This document shows, piece by piece, positions 45,679 through 56,400 of a DNA stretch of 62,444 nucleotides. Position 1 is the stretch's first letter; each line of letters begins with the position of its first letter. The notes under the pieces were generated by a model. The model had not been told where the DNA came from, ran no database searches, and worked only from the letters and a program-made list of their open reading frames with translations. The translations under genes were made by a program, and so were the position numbers. The DNA comes from a virus (Duplodnaviria > Caudoviricetes), in IMG/VR virus record IMGVR_UViG_3300042503_001282, positions 1 to 62,444 of that record; one strand, given 5' to 3'.

Positions 45679-47505
45679 ATGTCAAAGACAGAAGTTTCTG
45701 GAAAACAAATTAAAGACGGTTCGATTGAGATTCAAGACTTGTCGAACACCTTGTCGAGTGACATCAACACACTCAAGAGTGATGTTGCAACTCTACAAAC
45801 AGACGTTGCTGCAAAAGCTGATGCAGGAACTCTTGCAACAGTAGCAACAAGTGGTTCGTACAACGATCTCACTAATAAACCAAACATTCCTAGCTTGTCT
45901 GGGTATGCAACTGAAGCATATGTTGATGGTGCGGTATCTGATCTCGTAAACAGCGCACCTGCAACTTTGGACACACTCAAAGAGCTTAGTGATGCTCTTG
46001 GTGCTGATGCAAATTTTGCAGCTACCGTTGCTGGACAGATTGGTGATGTTGCATCAGACGTTTCAGCACTCGACACTCGTGTTACTGCGGTTGAAGCTGA
46101 CGTTGCTGCTCTTCAAGGTGCAGCAGAGCCCAATATTGCAGATTTGAGTGGCGTTTCTATTACTTCTCCAACATCAGGTCAAGTTCTCAAGTATGATGGA
46201 CTTGGTTGGGTAAACGGCACTGATAATTCATTCAGTGGATCATATACTGATCTTACTAACAAGCCAACCTTGTTCAGTGGATCGTATACTGATCTTACTA
46301 ACAAGCCGACGTTGTTTGATGGTACATACTCTAGCTTAACTGGAAAACCAACTCTTGCAACTGTAGCAACAAGTGGCTCGTATGCTGATCTCAGCAACAA
46401 GCCAACTATTCCGTCTGCGATTGATGATTTGTCTGATGTAACCATCAGCTCACCAAGTGCAGATCAAGTTCTGAAGTATAATGGAACAGCGTGGGTAAAC
46501 TCTGCTGCACCAGCGTCTGGAGCAACAAATCTTGATGGACTTACCGACGTTGTTATTACATCGCCAGTTTCAGGACATTATTTGCGACATAACGGAACAA
46601 ATTGGGTTAATGGTACTATTTTAGCTGCACATTTGCCCGTAGCTCAACAAAGTGCTGGAATTATCGACACTGGGTTTCAGATATTCTCTGGTGACAAACG
46701 ATTCAACGGTATTATTCAAGCATATGGTGGAGTTGCTGCTAAAGCACCCGCTATCAACCAACCTGCGCTTCGTGTTCAACCGGCTGGGGTATCACAGAGT
46801 ATTCCACTTATATATTTGGAAAACACTTCTGGTGGGGCTGCATTTACGGTAAACACGACAGGAGCATCTTCGATCATTCTGAGTAGTGCAAGTGCAAAAG
46901 GGCTTGTCATTCAAGGTGCTGCATCTCAATCAGCAAACTTGTTTGAAGTGCAAAACAGCGCAGGAGCAATTAAATCATCGTTTCACTCTGATGGTAGACT
47001 TACCGTAAATGCATTAGGAAATTCTTCTGTTTATGCTATTGGAGTTTCATCTGATTTGGCTGGTGGTACTTGTTTATCACTTCAACATTCTGGATCAGCA
47101 GGTAGATATTTGGCTGCATTTTATAATGCTGCTGCCGCGTTTGTTGGTGCAATTAGCCATGATGGTTCTACAACATCATATGCAACAACATCGGATTATC
47201 GTTTAAAAGAGAATTTTGTTTCTTTGACTGGCGCTTTAGATCGAATTGTTGCATTACCAACATACAGATTTAATTTCAAGGCCAACCCGGACAAAACTGT
47301 TGATGGTTGTAAAGCACATGAAGTTTCTTCTGTTTGTCCTGAAGCAGTAAATGGAGAAAAGGACGCTGTTAATGCCGACGGATCTATCAATCCTCAATCG
47401 GTTGACTATAGCAAACTTGTTCCTCTTCTTGTTGCAGCAGTGCAAGAATTAAAAGCTAAAAACGATGCTCTTGAAGCTCGTCTTGCTACTCTTGAAAACA
47501 ACTAA
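45679..47505 (+). CDS. fibre with C-terminal intramolecular chaperone (peptidase S74)
   Basis: SGSYxDLxNKP repeats; L-x-DV-x-I...GQVLKY repeats; TSDYRLKEN...VDYSKLVPLLV. Confidence 0.85.
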   Translation: MSKTEVSGKQIKDGSIEIQDLSNTLSSDINTLKSDVATLQTDVAAKADAGTLATVATSGSYNDLTNKPNIPSLSGYATEAYVDGAVSDLVNSAPATLDTLKELSDALGADANFAATVAGQIGDVASDVSALDTRVTAVEADVAALQGAAEPNIADLSGVSITSPTSGQVLKYDGLGWVNGTDNSFSGSYTDLTNKPTLFSGSYTDLTNKPTLFDGTYSSLTGKPTLATVATSGSYADLSNKPTIPSAIDDLSDVTISSPSADQVLKYNGTAWVNSAAPASGATNLDGLTDVVITSPVSGHYLRHNGTNWVNGTILAAHLPVAQQSAGIIDTGFQIFSGDKRFNGIIQAYGGVAAKAPAINQPALRVQPAGVSQSIPLIYLENTSGGAAFTVNTTGASSIILSSASAKGLVIQGAASQSANLFEVQNSAGAIKSSFHSDGRLTVNALGNSSVYAIGVSSDLAGGTCLSLQHSGSAGRYLAAFYNAAAAFVGAISHDGSTTSYATTSDYRLKENFVSLTGALDRIVALPTYRFNFKANPDKTVDGCKAHEVSSVCPEAVNGEKDAVNADGSINPQSVDYSKLVPLLVAAVQELKAKNDALEARLATLENN

Positions 47506-47514
47506 TAGCTAATA

Positions 47515-47542
47515 GCAGCATGGGAGTAACATCCCATGCTGC
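47515..47542 (+). terminator. perfect 11-bp hairpin
   Basis: GCAGCATGGGA-GTAACA-TCCCATGCTGC. Confidence 0.5.
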
Positions 47543-47584
47543 CCAACCATGTGTATGTGACATAGTAAACGCTGAGACTTGCAC

Positions 47585-48067
47585 ATGAAGCATCTTTTCT
47601 ACAATACAGTTAAAGACTATGCACAGTCGGTGATAGACAACTTCACCGTTGGTGGCATTTCAAAGAGCATTTTACTGCTCGTCGCTGCATTCTTAGCACC
47701 GATAGCAACCGTCATCTTCGCAGTAATATTCTTGATTTTTGTGGATATGGTCACTGGTATTTTGGCTTCTCTCAAAGAAAAGCAAAGAATCACCAGCTCT
47801 GCTATGTCAAGAACCATAGCAAAAACATTCGTTTACTGCACCACGATCATTGTAACTTACATAGTACATAAATACTTACTGGTTGGCTTCGACTTCCCAG
47901 TAGAAAGTATTGTGTCTGGTTTCATAGCTTTAACAGAGATGAAATCGATTTTGGAAAACCTAGACAGAATCAGTAACCACTCTGTTCTGAAAGATTTGAT
48001 ACTCATTTTTTCTAACGAGAGGGAGAGAAGGCTGCCACCTAAACCAGTCAAGAAAGACAAGAAATAG
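47585..48067 (+). CDS. holin (phage holin family 4-like)
   Basis: TM segments; DMVTGI...ITSSAMSRTIAK...EMKSILENL; basic C-terminus. Confidence 0.75.
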   Translation: MKHLFYNTVKDYAQSVIDNFTVGGISKSILLLVAAFLAPIATVIFAVIFLIFVDMVTGILASLKEKQRITSSAMSRTIAKTFVYCTTIIVTYIVHKYLLVGFDFPVESIVSGFIALTEMKSILENLDRISNHSVLKDLILIFSNERERRLPPKPVKKDKK

Positions 48068-48075
48068 GTCACTAG

Positions 48076-49296
48076 ATGGCAACTATCAAACAATCATTCA
48101 TCTGTAGAGAGAACGCAGTTCGTGTCAGCAATACTCAATACACGATTGCGAATCAGCCAAATGCAAACACCGATCAAGTTTTCGTAAACGGTGTGCTTCA
48201 AAACTCTGGTGTAGATAATGACTACACCCTGACCGGCACCACAATCAATTTCAACCGCAACATCGAGAGTGATGAAGTAGTTCTTGTCAATTACCTTCTT
48301 GATGTCATAGAACAAGACCAACAAGACACAGAAGTTGGAACCACCAACTACGGCAGAACAGAACTAATTCATTGGTGTCTCAGAAAACTTGGCGCACCAG
48401 TCATCGAAATCAACATAGACGACGATCAAATCGAAGATCGTATTGATGAAGCTCTCATGTACTTTCGAGATTACCACTTCGATGGTGTCGAACGAATGTA
48501 CCTTCACCACAGAATCACAGCATCACGTTTCAAACTCTCTGACGACTTTACAGACACTATAACACGTGGCGTTACGCTCACGGGTGTCACAAGCGGTGCT
48601 ACTGCAACTGCATATGATAAGTCAGTAGACAACAGAGAGATTCGATTCAAATCACTCAACAAGATTCCATTTAAGGTTGGAGAAACTGTTACCGTAACCG
48701 GCTCAACCGAAACATTCAACATACTAGAGATTCACTTAGGTGATATTGATAATGGATTCATTCCAGTCGGAACGAAGGTCATCAGTGTCACAAATGTACT
48801 ACCACAGCAGAAAGCAACTATCGGCGGAAACTTCGGTGGTATGTTTGACTTTCAATACCAGTTTGCACTCCATAATATGTTCAACCTCGCATCAACTGAC
48901 TTGGTAACATACGACATCTACCAACGGTACATGTCAACTTGGGAATTCATGTTCAGAGGCACCAAAGGAATTCGATTCAACAGAAAAACAGATCGACTGT
49001 TTCTTGACGTACAAGACCTTGTTGCTGACCAGTACCTTGTAATCGAAGCTTGGTCTGCACTGAACCCTGAGACATACAAAGAAATCTACATGGACGAATT
49101 CGTTCGTGAGTATGCATACAGTCTGATCAAACAACAGTGGGGCTCAAACCTCAAGAAGTTTAGTGGTGTTCAACTCCCAGGCGGCATCACCCTCAACGGT
49201 CAATCAATCTACGATGAAGCAAAGCAAGAACTCGAAGAGCTTCGTGAACGGGTGAAGAAAGAGTTTCAGCTTCCACCCGACTTTTTAGTGGGATAA
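48076..49296 (+). CDS. gp13: neck protein with extra N-terminal Ig-like domain
   Basis: CLRKLGAPVIEINIDDDQIEDRIDEAL; KQQWGSNLKKFSGVQLPGG. Confidence 0.93.
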   Translation: MATIKQSFICRENAVRVSNTQYTIANQPNANTDQVFVNGVLQNSGVDNDYTLTGTTINFNRNIESDEVVLVNYLLDVIEQDQQDTEVGTTNYGRTELIHWCLRKLGAPVIEINIDDDQIEDRIDEALMYFRDYHFDGVERMYLHHRITASRFKLSDDFTDTITRGVTLTGVTSGATATAYDKSVDNREIRFKSLNKIPFKVGETVTVTGSTETFNILEIHLGDIDNGFIPVGTKVISVTNVLPQQKATIGGNFGGMFDFQYQFALHNMFNLASTDLVTYDIYQRYMSTWEFMFRGTKGIRFNRKTDRLFLDVQDLVADQYLVIEAWSALNPETYKEIYMDEFVREYAYSLIKQQWGSNLKKFSGVQLPGGITLNGQSIYDEAKQELEELRERVKKEFQLPPDFLVG

Positions 49297-49303
49297 CAAC
49301 ACC

Positions 49304-50158
49304 GTGGCAACCAACAAATACTTCAACATGTACCATCAAAAGCAAGAGCAAAGTCTCATGCAAAGCTTGGTTGAAGAGACCGTAAAAATTCACGGCATCG
49401 ATGCTGTCTACATACCACGTAAGCATGAAAAGATCGACCTCACCTACCATGAAGATGTTCTCTCAAATTTTGATGACTTCTACGACATAGAGCTATACAT
49501 CAAAAACATCGACTCGTTTGATGGTGATCAAGACATCTTCAAAAAGTTTGGCTTAGAGATCAACAATCAAATCACATTCTCAATCTCTCGTTCAAGCTTT
49601 CACAAAATTGCTGGTAAAGAGCTTGTTCGTCCACGAGAGGGTGATCTGGTTTACTTACCGATGAGCACTGCAACTGGTCTCTACGAAATCAAGTTTGTCA
49701 AAGAAGACTCTGTGTTTTTTAGCTTAGGTGAGTTCTACATCTACGACATTCAATGTGAACTCTACACCGGAGCAAACGAAGACATCAAGACTGGTATTGA
49801 TGAGATTGATGTATTAGCAGACGCAACAGAGAACATCATTCTTCTCAAGCTTGGTGAAATCGACGGCACTTTTGAAGTCGGTGAAACGGTGTACCAAGGT
49901 CCATCTCTCATTGGTGCAATCGCAAAAGGTACCGTTGTTGGATTTGAAGACGACAATACGCTCAAGCTGAAAGACTTGTTGGGTGAGTTTGACGCATCAT
50001 ACGGACCAGTCAAAGGCAAAACTGCACTCGCACCACTGTACAACTTCGAGTCTACTGAGCCAATTTCTCAAGACTACACAGCATCTAACACACAGTTCGA
50101 TTCAAGTGCTGTTCTTGACTTCACTGAACACAACCCTTTCTCTGAGGAAGACTTCTAA
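49304..50158 (+). CDS. gp14: neck protein
   Basis: EQSLMQSLVEETVKIHGIDAVYIPR; RPREGDLVY; LDFTEHNPF. Confidence 0.93.
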   Translation: MATNKYFNMYHQKQEQSLMQSLVEETVKIHGIDAVYIPRKHEKIDLTYHEDVLSNFDDFYDIELYIKNIDSFDGDQDIFKKFGLEINNQITFSISRSSFHKIAGKELVRPREGDLVYLPMSTATGLYEIKFVKEDSVFFSLGEFYIYDIQCELYTGANEDIKTGIDEIDVLADATENIILLKLGEIDGTFEVGETVYQGPSLIGAIAKGTVVGFEDDNTLKLKDLLGEFDASYGPVKGKTALAPLYNFESTEPISQDYTASNTQFDSSAVLDFTEHNPFSEEDF

Positions 50159-51051
50159 TGTTCAATGGTCCATTCTACCATGCAACATTCAAAAAGTTTG
50201 TATCGGGGTTTGGTAAACTCTTCTCGAACATTTACGTAGTTCGTACTCACTCAAGTGGAACTGAAAAAGAGCGTATCAAAGTACCTCTTGCATACGGTCC
50301 AGCAGAGAAGTACTTGGTGCGTCAAGCTGAAGACCCTACGTTGAATAGAGGGTACGCACTCAAGCTACCCAGAATGAGCTTTGAAATCAAAAGCATTCAG
50401 TACGATTCTTCACGCAAGCTCAACACAATCAAGAAAAACACACAACCAATCGAAGATAACCAAGGTAGTGTGATTCGACAGTATCAAGGGGTGCCGTACA
50501 ATTTGACGATTGACCTTTCGATCATCTCTAAGTACATCGATGATGCAAATCAAATTGTAGAACAAATACTACCGTGGTTCACACCGAGCTACACAATCAC
50601 GGTGAATACAATACCCGAAATGAACTACAAAGATGACATACCTGTAGTACTCAATTCGGTTACACTGTCAGACAACTACGAAGAAACCTGGTCAGCACGA
50701 CGAGATATTATCTGGACACTTTCATTCACCGTTAAGGGTATCTTCTACGGTCCTATTGTGGACAAGAAAGTCATCACCAAAGTACAAGCAGACATTTACG
50801 CAGTCGGTGGTGGTATTGATATTCAAGAAGGCAACCTCACTGGCATATCACGTCAAGTTCGTCACACTACTGAAGTCATACCTGGCAGTGGCGAATACAA
50901 TGAAGATTTTGGATACACCCAGTACGGCGAAACATTCGAAGATGGTCAACGCTACAACACCATAACGGGTGAAGATGAACCAGCTTCCACAAAAATATCA
51001 CCAGAACCTATTGAAGATTTGAGTAAGGTAGGTCGTCCAAAGTTATCATAA
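50158..51051 (+). CDS. gp15: tail sheath stabilizer/terminator
   Basis: FYHATFKK; KVPLAYGPAEK; LPRMSFE; QIVEQILPWFTP. Confidence 0.93.
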   Translation: MFNGPFYHATFKKFVSGFGKLFSNIYVVRTHSSGTEKERIKVPLAYGPAEKYLVRQAEDPTLNRGYALKLPRMSFEIKSIQYDSSRKLNTIKKNTQPIEDNQGSVIRQYQGVPYNLTIDLSIISKYIDDANQIVEQILPWFTPSYTITVNTIPEMNYKDDIPVVLNSVTLSDNYEETWSARRDIIWTLSFTVKGIFYGPIVDKKVITKVQADIYAVGGGIDIQEGNLTGISRQVRHTTEVIPGSGEYNEDFGYTQYGETFEDGQRYNTITGEDEPASTKISPEPIEDLSKVGRPKLS

Positions 51052-51059
51052 ATTAGTGA

Positions 51060-51620
51060 ATGACAAAAAAGAATATCATTGAACAGTATGAGAAAGAGAC
51101 TGAAACGCTCGTTGCAACCGAAGACGAGTTGAAGTCTATTCAGACACCTTCGTATGTAGCGACACCAGCTCAGATCGGAACGGTCAAAGAGCAAGCATTC
51201 GTACAGCGTGGCGAATTCATATCGAAAGACGTTACGAAAGAAGAGGTTGGTCCGATACAGTTTGAAGAGAAGTCGCTTGTTGAAGCGCCAAAGACAAATC
51301 AAGAACTCACCACTGATTATCAGTACATGCGTACCAATCTGTACACTATTACTGAACGATCAATCGAAGCACTCAATAACCTCGTACAGATTGCAGATCA
51401 GAGTCAACATCCACGAGCATATGAAGTTGTTGCACTCATGGTGAACTCAATAGCAAGTGCACAAAAAGACCTCATGACCATTCACAAAGAGAAAGCAAAG
51501 ATTGAAATGACTGCTCAAAAGAATGCTCCTGAAGTTGTGAACAATAACCTCTTCGTAGGTAACACCGCACAGCTTGATGAGATCATTAAGAAGATGACAA
51601 AGCAATCGAGTGATGAGTAA
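51060..51620 (+). CDS. gp16: terminase small subunit
   Basis: DYQYMRTNLY; HPRAYEV; NNNLFVGNTAQL. Confidence 0.92.
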   Translation: MTKKNIIEQYEKETETLVATEDELKSIQTPSYVATPAQIGTVKEQAFVQRGEFISKDVTKEEVGPIQFEEKSLVEAPKTNQELTTDYQYMRTNLYTITERSIEALNNLVQIADQSQHPRAYEVVALMVNSIASAQKDLMTIHKEKAKIEMTAQKNAPEVVNNNLFVGNTAQLDEIIKKMTKQSSDE

Positions 51621-53334
51621 CGAGAAAGACGACTTTCAACAACTAGCACCTGATGGTGTCAAAAACTATAAGAGCAACCCTAACCTGAAAGCAGGTGGGG
51701 TACAGTTCATCTTTACCAAACAGCAGATTCAAGAACGAATCAAGTGCATGAAAGATCCTATTTACTTCATTCAGAAGTACATGAAGATTGTGCACGTTGA
51801 TAGAGGTTTGGTGCCGTTTGATCTGTATGACTTTCAGAAAGACCTGCTTCGCTCGTACATCAATAACCGATTCACCATAGCAAAACTGCCCCGTCAGGTA
51901 GGTAAGTCTACCGTCACCATCGGCTACATTCTGTGGACAGTTCTCTTTGGACCGATGCAGAACATCGCTATTCTCGCAAACAAAGCTAGTACAGCACGAG
52001 ACATTCTTGCGAAGTTGCAGCTTGCTTACGAACACATTCCACTCTGGATGCAACAAGGCATCATGTCATGGAACAAAGGTTCTATCGAACTAGAGAACGG
52101 TTCAAAAGTAATCGCAGCAGCTACCGCATCTAGCTCTGCTCGTGGTAACACCTACAACGTCATCTTTCTCGACGAGTTTGCGTTCGTACCAAAGAACATA
52201 GCAGAAGAGTTCATCACCTCAGTGTACCCTACCATTTCTTCTGGTAAGACCACGAAAGTAATTATGGTATCTACACCAAACGGTATGAACCTGTTCTACA
52301 AATACTGGACTGATGCAGTCAACAAGAGAAACTTGTACACGCCGATTGAAGCGCACTGGTCAGTCGTTCCAGGGCGAGATGAAAAATGGGCAGAAGACCA
52401 AATCAAACAACTCGGTGAAGAGAAGTTCGATCAAGAGTTCGGGTGTTCATTCCTCGGTAGTTCCAATACCCTCGTGAGCGCAGCGAAGTTGTCTACTATG
52501 GCGTGGACAAACCCCATTCAGCGTCTTCATGATTTACACATTTACGAACACGCTAAACCTGGACACTTGTATGTCATCACCGTCGATACATCAGAAGGTC
52601 AAGGTCTCGATTACTCAGCGTTCACGGTTATAGACGCTACACAAGCACCATACAAGGTGGTTGCGAAGTACTACAACAACAAGATTTCGCCGATGACGTT
52701 TCCAAACATCATCTTCAATGTGGGTGCTCAGTACAACATGGCTCACGTACTGGTCGAGACAAACGCTATCGGTATGCAGGTTGTTGACACTCTCCACAAT
52801 GATCTTGAGTACGAGAACATCTTCTCAACCACCAATCTTGGAAGAGGTGGTCAACGCATATCATCAGGGTTTACCAAGAACTCAAAACTTGGAATCAAAA
52901 TGACTGCACAGATCAAGTCTATCGGGTGCTCGAACCTCAAGAGTCTCTTAGAGCACAATAAGCTCATTGTAGAAGACTTTGACATCATCTCAGAGCTTAC
53001 CTCGTTCGTAGCGTCTAGTTCATCGTTTGCTGCTGAACCAGGGTGTCATGACGACCTTACCATGTGTCTCGTAATCTTCTCATGGCTCACCTCTCAACCC
53101 ACATTCAAAGACCTCACAGACGTAGATATTCGAAGAAAGATCGTCGAAGAGAAGATGAACAGCATGACCGAAGAGCTAGTACCCTTTGGAATCATCAACG
53201 ACGGCTCACAGCCCAAGAGCTTCAAAGATGCTGATGGAACAGTGTGGGAACACGTAGACTTAGCACAGGGATATTTTGACTCTGACGGATTTTTTTGGAA
53301 AGACGATTTTAACGATATTGACGAAGATTTCTAA
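51610..53334 (+). CDS. gp17: terminase large subunit
   Basis: PRQVGKST; LDEFAF; STPNG; HDDLTM. Confidence 0.97.
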   Translation: MMSNEKDDFQQLAPDGVKNYKSNPNLKAGGVQFIFTKQQIQERIKCMKDPIYFIQKYMKIVHVDRGLVPFDLYDFQKDLLRSYINNRFTIAKLPRQVGKSTVTIGYILWTVLFGPMQNIAILANKASTARDILAKLQLAYEHIPLWMQQGIMSWNKGSIELENGSKVIAAATASSSARGNTYNVIFLDEFAFVPKNIAEEFITSVYPTISSGKTTKVIMVSTPNGMNLFYKYWTDAVNKRNLYTPIEAHWSVVPGRDEKWAEDQIKQLGEEKFDQEFGCSFLGSSNTLVSAAKLSTMAWTNPIQRLHDLHIYEHAKPGHLYVITVDTSEGQGLDYSAFTVIDATQAPYKVVAKYYNNKISPMTFPNIIFNVGAQYNMAHVLVETNAIGMQVVDTLHNDLEYENIFSTTNLGRGGQRISSGFTKNSKLGIKMTAQIKSIGCSNLKSLLEHNKLIVEDFDIISELTSFVASSSSFAAEPGCHDDLTMCLVIFSWLTSQPTFKDLTDVDIRRKIVEEKMNSMTEELVPFGIINDGSQPKSFKDADGTVWEHVDLAQGYFDSDGFFWKDDFNDIDEDF

Positions 53335-53368
53335 TACCTTACCGTCGAAATCCACAAAATGTCGAATT

Positions 53369-53376
53369 TATAAATA
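53369..53376 (+). promoter_or_regulatory. T4-type late promoter
   Basis: TATAAATA before gp18. Confidence 0.8.
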
Positions 53377-53454
53377 AACGATATTAGAATTACAGTATCG
53401 AATCGACATGGCTATCGTGCTACTAACTCGACGTTAATTCAAGGAGACTAAGAC

Positions 53455-55695
53455 ATGGGATTTCAAATTTCACCAGGCGTAGAATTCAGTGAAGTTGATT
53501 TAACTGGTATCATTCCAGCAGTATCAACCACCGATGGTGCATATGCAGGTGCGTTCCGTTGGGGACCACTTAACGACATTACTCTCGTAGGAACAGAGAA
53601 CGAACTTGTAGAAAAGTTTGGTAAGCCAAACTTAGACTTCCGCGTTTCTTTCTTCAGTGCAGCAAACTTTCTTGCATACGGCGACAAGCTTCGTGTAGTT
53701 CGTGTTGCTGATACTACCACTCACGTTGAGCGACAAGAAGGTGAGAACGAAGATGGCGACTTAGAAGCTTTCACAGTTCTTGACATCGACAGAACAAACA
53801 ACAAGTTGACTCTTGCTCAAAAGCTTACCGGCTACGACGATGCTGTAACTGGTGATGCAGTTCCTGCTGTTAAGCGTCTTGATAAGATCGATACTGGAAT
53901 CACTGGTTCTGAAGACCTTATCATCTTAGAAGTTGAAGATGAGAATACTGTAGAACTCAAGCCTCTTGTAAGTGGCGATTCTCCTATTCCTGACGATCTT
54001 GAAGTTGGTGATACTGTAGTCATCAAGTGCTATGCTGGTGCTGCTAATGCTACCGCAGACGGTCTCGGTGCTCTTATCAAGAATGACGAAGACTACCAGA
54101 ACAACTATGCATCAGGTCAAGCACGTGTTGGTGCATTTGCTTCGAAACATGCAGGTGAGCTTGGTAATTCTATTCGTGTCTCTTTGTGTGCTAGTTCTGC
54201 TGCATTCAGAACAACTTTAACACAACGATTCAACACGCAAGCTGATCCAGAGTGGATCAAGCCATCTGACAATGCATCTGACTTCTTGTCTCATATTGCT
54301 ATCAATTCATTGGTAGTAAATGAGCTTAACAACGAAGAGAAGATTGTCGTAGCAATCGATTCTGCAAACAAGATGTTTAAGGTAGATTCACCTTTCACAA
54401 CAGCTTTGAGCAACGCTACTCTTACAGTACGTTGGGAGTTTGCAGACTTGTTCTCACCACCAGGAACCAGCTCATTTGCTGCTGACAAAGGTGCACGTAA
54501 CGACGAGCTTCATGTTGTAGTTGTAGACGAGAACGGAGAAATTACCGGAACACCAGGTTTCGTTCTTGAGAAGTATGAGTTCTTATCAAAAGCTGTAAAT
54601 GCACGTTTGGATGGTGACTCTAACTATTACAAAGATGCTCTTAACAAATCACGCTATGTTCGATGGTGTGATCATCCGTTCTTCAACCAGACAGTAAACG
54701 GTTCTGATTGGGGTCTTGCAGCAGTTCGTGGCGTTAGCTTCGATTCTCCTACACGTCCATATTCAGTAGACCTTGCTGGTGGAAGTGATGGTAAGCGTAC
54801 CGCAGGTTTCGACGCTGCACGTAAAGATGGATACCGTTTGTTTGCTGATGCAGACAAGGTAGACGTTTCTCTCATCATCATGGGTGATGCAGCAGCTTGG
54901 TTGTGTTCTGATGTAGTTCAGAATGTAGCTGAGAAGCGCAGAGACTGTGTTGTGTTCATTTCGCCACCTCGTGCTGCGGTTGTAAACAATCCAGGCAACG
55001 AAGCGAAAGCATCTATCGCTTTCAGAACTCAGCTCGGTTTCAGCTCATCGTATGCTGTAATGGACAGCGGATGGAAGAAGCAGTTCGACAAGTACAACCC
55101 AAGTTCTGAGGATATGTGGGTTCCACTCAACGCAGATATTGCCGGTTTGTGTGTTCGTACTGACATGACGAATGATCCATGGTGGTCTCCTGCTGGTTTC
55201 AGCCGTGGTGGTATCAAGAACGTCATGAAGCTTGCTTACAGTCCATACAAAGCAGAGCGTGATGACTTGTACAAGAACAACATCAACCCTGTGATCGATC
55301 AGCCAGGTGAAGGTCGTGTTCTCTATGGTGATAAGACCATGTTGAGCAAGCCAAGTGCGTTTGATCGTATCAACGTAAGACGTTTGTTCATCGTTCTTGA
55401 GAAAGCTATTTCTCGTCAAGCTAAGTACTTACTGTTCGAGTTCAATGATGAGTTCACTCGTCAGCAGTTCAGAAGCATGGTTGAGCCATTCCTTCGTGAT
55501 GTACAGTCACGCCGAGGTATGTATGACTTCAGAGTTGTTTGTGACCGCACGAATAACACACCAGAAGTTATTGACCGTAACGAGTTTGTTGGAGACATCT
55601 ACATCAAACCAGCACGTTCGATCAACTTCATTCAACTGAACTTCGTCGCTGTCAGAACTGGCGTTGAGTTCTCTGAGATTGTTGGAAAAGTATAA
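53455..55695 (+). CDS. gp18: tail sheath protein
   Basis: SPGVEFSEVDLT; PWWSPAG; SAFDRINVRRLF; IKPARSINFI. Confidence 0.97.
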   Translation: MGFQISPGVEFSEVDLTGIIPAVSTTDGAYAGAFRWGPLNDITLVGTENELVEKFGKPNLDFRVSFFSAANFLAYGDKLRVVRVADTTTHVERQEGENEDGDLEAFTVLDIDRTNNKLTLAQKLTGYDDAVTGDAVPAVKRLDKIDTGITGSEDLIILEVEDENTVELKPLVSGDSPIPDDLEVGDTVVIKCYAGAANATADGLGALIKNDEDYQNNYASGQARVGAFASKHAGELGNSIRVSLCASSAAFRTTLTQRFNTQADPEWIKPSDNASDFLSHIAINSLVVNELNNEEKIVVAIDSANKMFKVDSPFTTALSNATLTVRWEFADLFSPPGTSSFAADKGARNDELHVVVVDENGEITGTPGFVLEKYEFLSKAVNARLDGDSNYYKDALNKSRYVRWCDHPFFNQTVNGSDWGLAAVRGVSFDSPTRPYSVDLAGGSDGKRTAGFDAARKDGYRLFADADKVDVSLIIMGDAAAWLCSDVVQNVAEKRRDCVVFISPPRAAVVNNPGNEAKASIAFRTQLGFSSSYAVMDSGWKKQFDKYNPSSEDMWVPLNADIAGLCVRTDMTNDPWWSPAGFSRGGIKNVMKLAYSPYKAERDDLYKNNINPVIDQPGEGRVLYGDKTMLSKPSAFDRINVRRLFIVLEKAISRQAKYLLFEFNDEFTRQQFRSMVEPFLRDVQSRRGMYDFRVVCDRTNNTPEVIDRNEFVGDIYIKPARSINFIQLNFVAVRTGVEFSEIVGKV

Positions 55696-55725
55696 GCTAA
55701 ATAATTTTTAACAGGGAGAACTATC

Positions 55726-56340
55726 ATGCCATTTAAGATTAACGACTTTAAGAAAAACTTAGTATACGGTGGTGCAAGACCATCATTGTTCCAAGTTGAG
55801 CTAACCCTGCCAGATAAGCTTGGTGATGCAGTCAACAACGGAGTTGATGGTCGTGGACTTACAGGTGTTGAAGAGAAGCTTACATTCTTATGTAACGCAG
55901 CTTCGATTCCAGAAAGCAAGATCACCGAGATCGAGGTGCCATACTTCGGTCGAAAGATTAAGGTTGCTGGATCTCGTACATTTGCTACGTGGGACATCAC
56001 AATCATCAACGACGAAGACTTCTTGGTGCGAAAAGCTTTCGAGCACTGGATGGCTTCAATCAACGGACATGGAACTAACATCAGAAACTCTGGTATCAAT
56101 GCTAGTCCAAGTTCATATCAGTCAACAGCTCTTGTTAAGCAATACAGCAAGGGACCAGTTGAGTCGCCAATTCGTGCATACAAGTTCGTAAACTGTTTCC
56201 CAACTGACCTCAGTGCGATTGACCTTTCATGGTCGTCGTCTGATGCTATCGAAGAGTTCAAGGTAACTCTCGCATATGACTGGTGGGAGATTGATACTTC
56301 TGGTGATATTACACCACCAGAGGGTAACGGACTCGCATAG
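55726..56340 (+). CDS. gp19: tail tube protein
   Basis: GGARPSLF; VPYFGRKIKVAGSRTF; NDEDF; IEEFKVT; CTAAATA at 55697. Confidence 0.96.
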   Translation: MPFKINDFKKNLVYGGARPSLFQVELTLPDKLGDAVNNGVDGRGLTGVEEKLTFLCNAASIPESKITEIEVPYFGRKIKVAGSRTFATWDITIINDEDFLVRKAFEHWMASINGHGTNIRNSGINASPSSYQSTALVKQYSKGPVESPIRAYKFVNCFPTDLSAIDLSWSSSDAIEEFKVTLAYDWWEIDTSGDITPPEGNGLA

Positions 56341-56349
56341 AGTTCCGAC

Positions 56350-56400
56350 TATAAATAGTATTATAGACTGAACGTGGGGTCTTATGACCCCACATTTTTT
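56350..56400 (+). terminator. late promoter followed by intrinsic terminator
   Basis: TATAAATA 56350-56357; GTGGGGTC-TTAT-GACCCCAC plus T-run at 56374-56400. Confidence 0.75.

Noticed and set aside
38877-47505. Diversity-generating retroelement TR/VR pair
   Set aside because: No reverse transcriptase; repeat differences are mostly synonymous and not adenine-specific; all copies are coding
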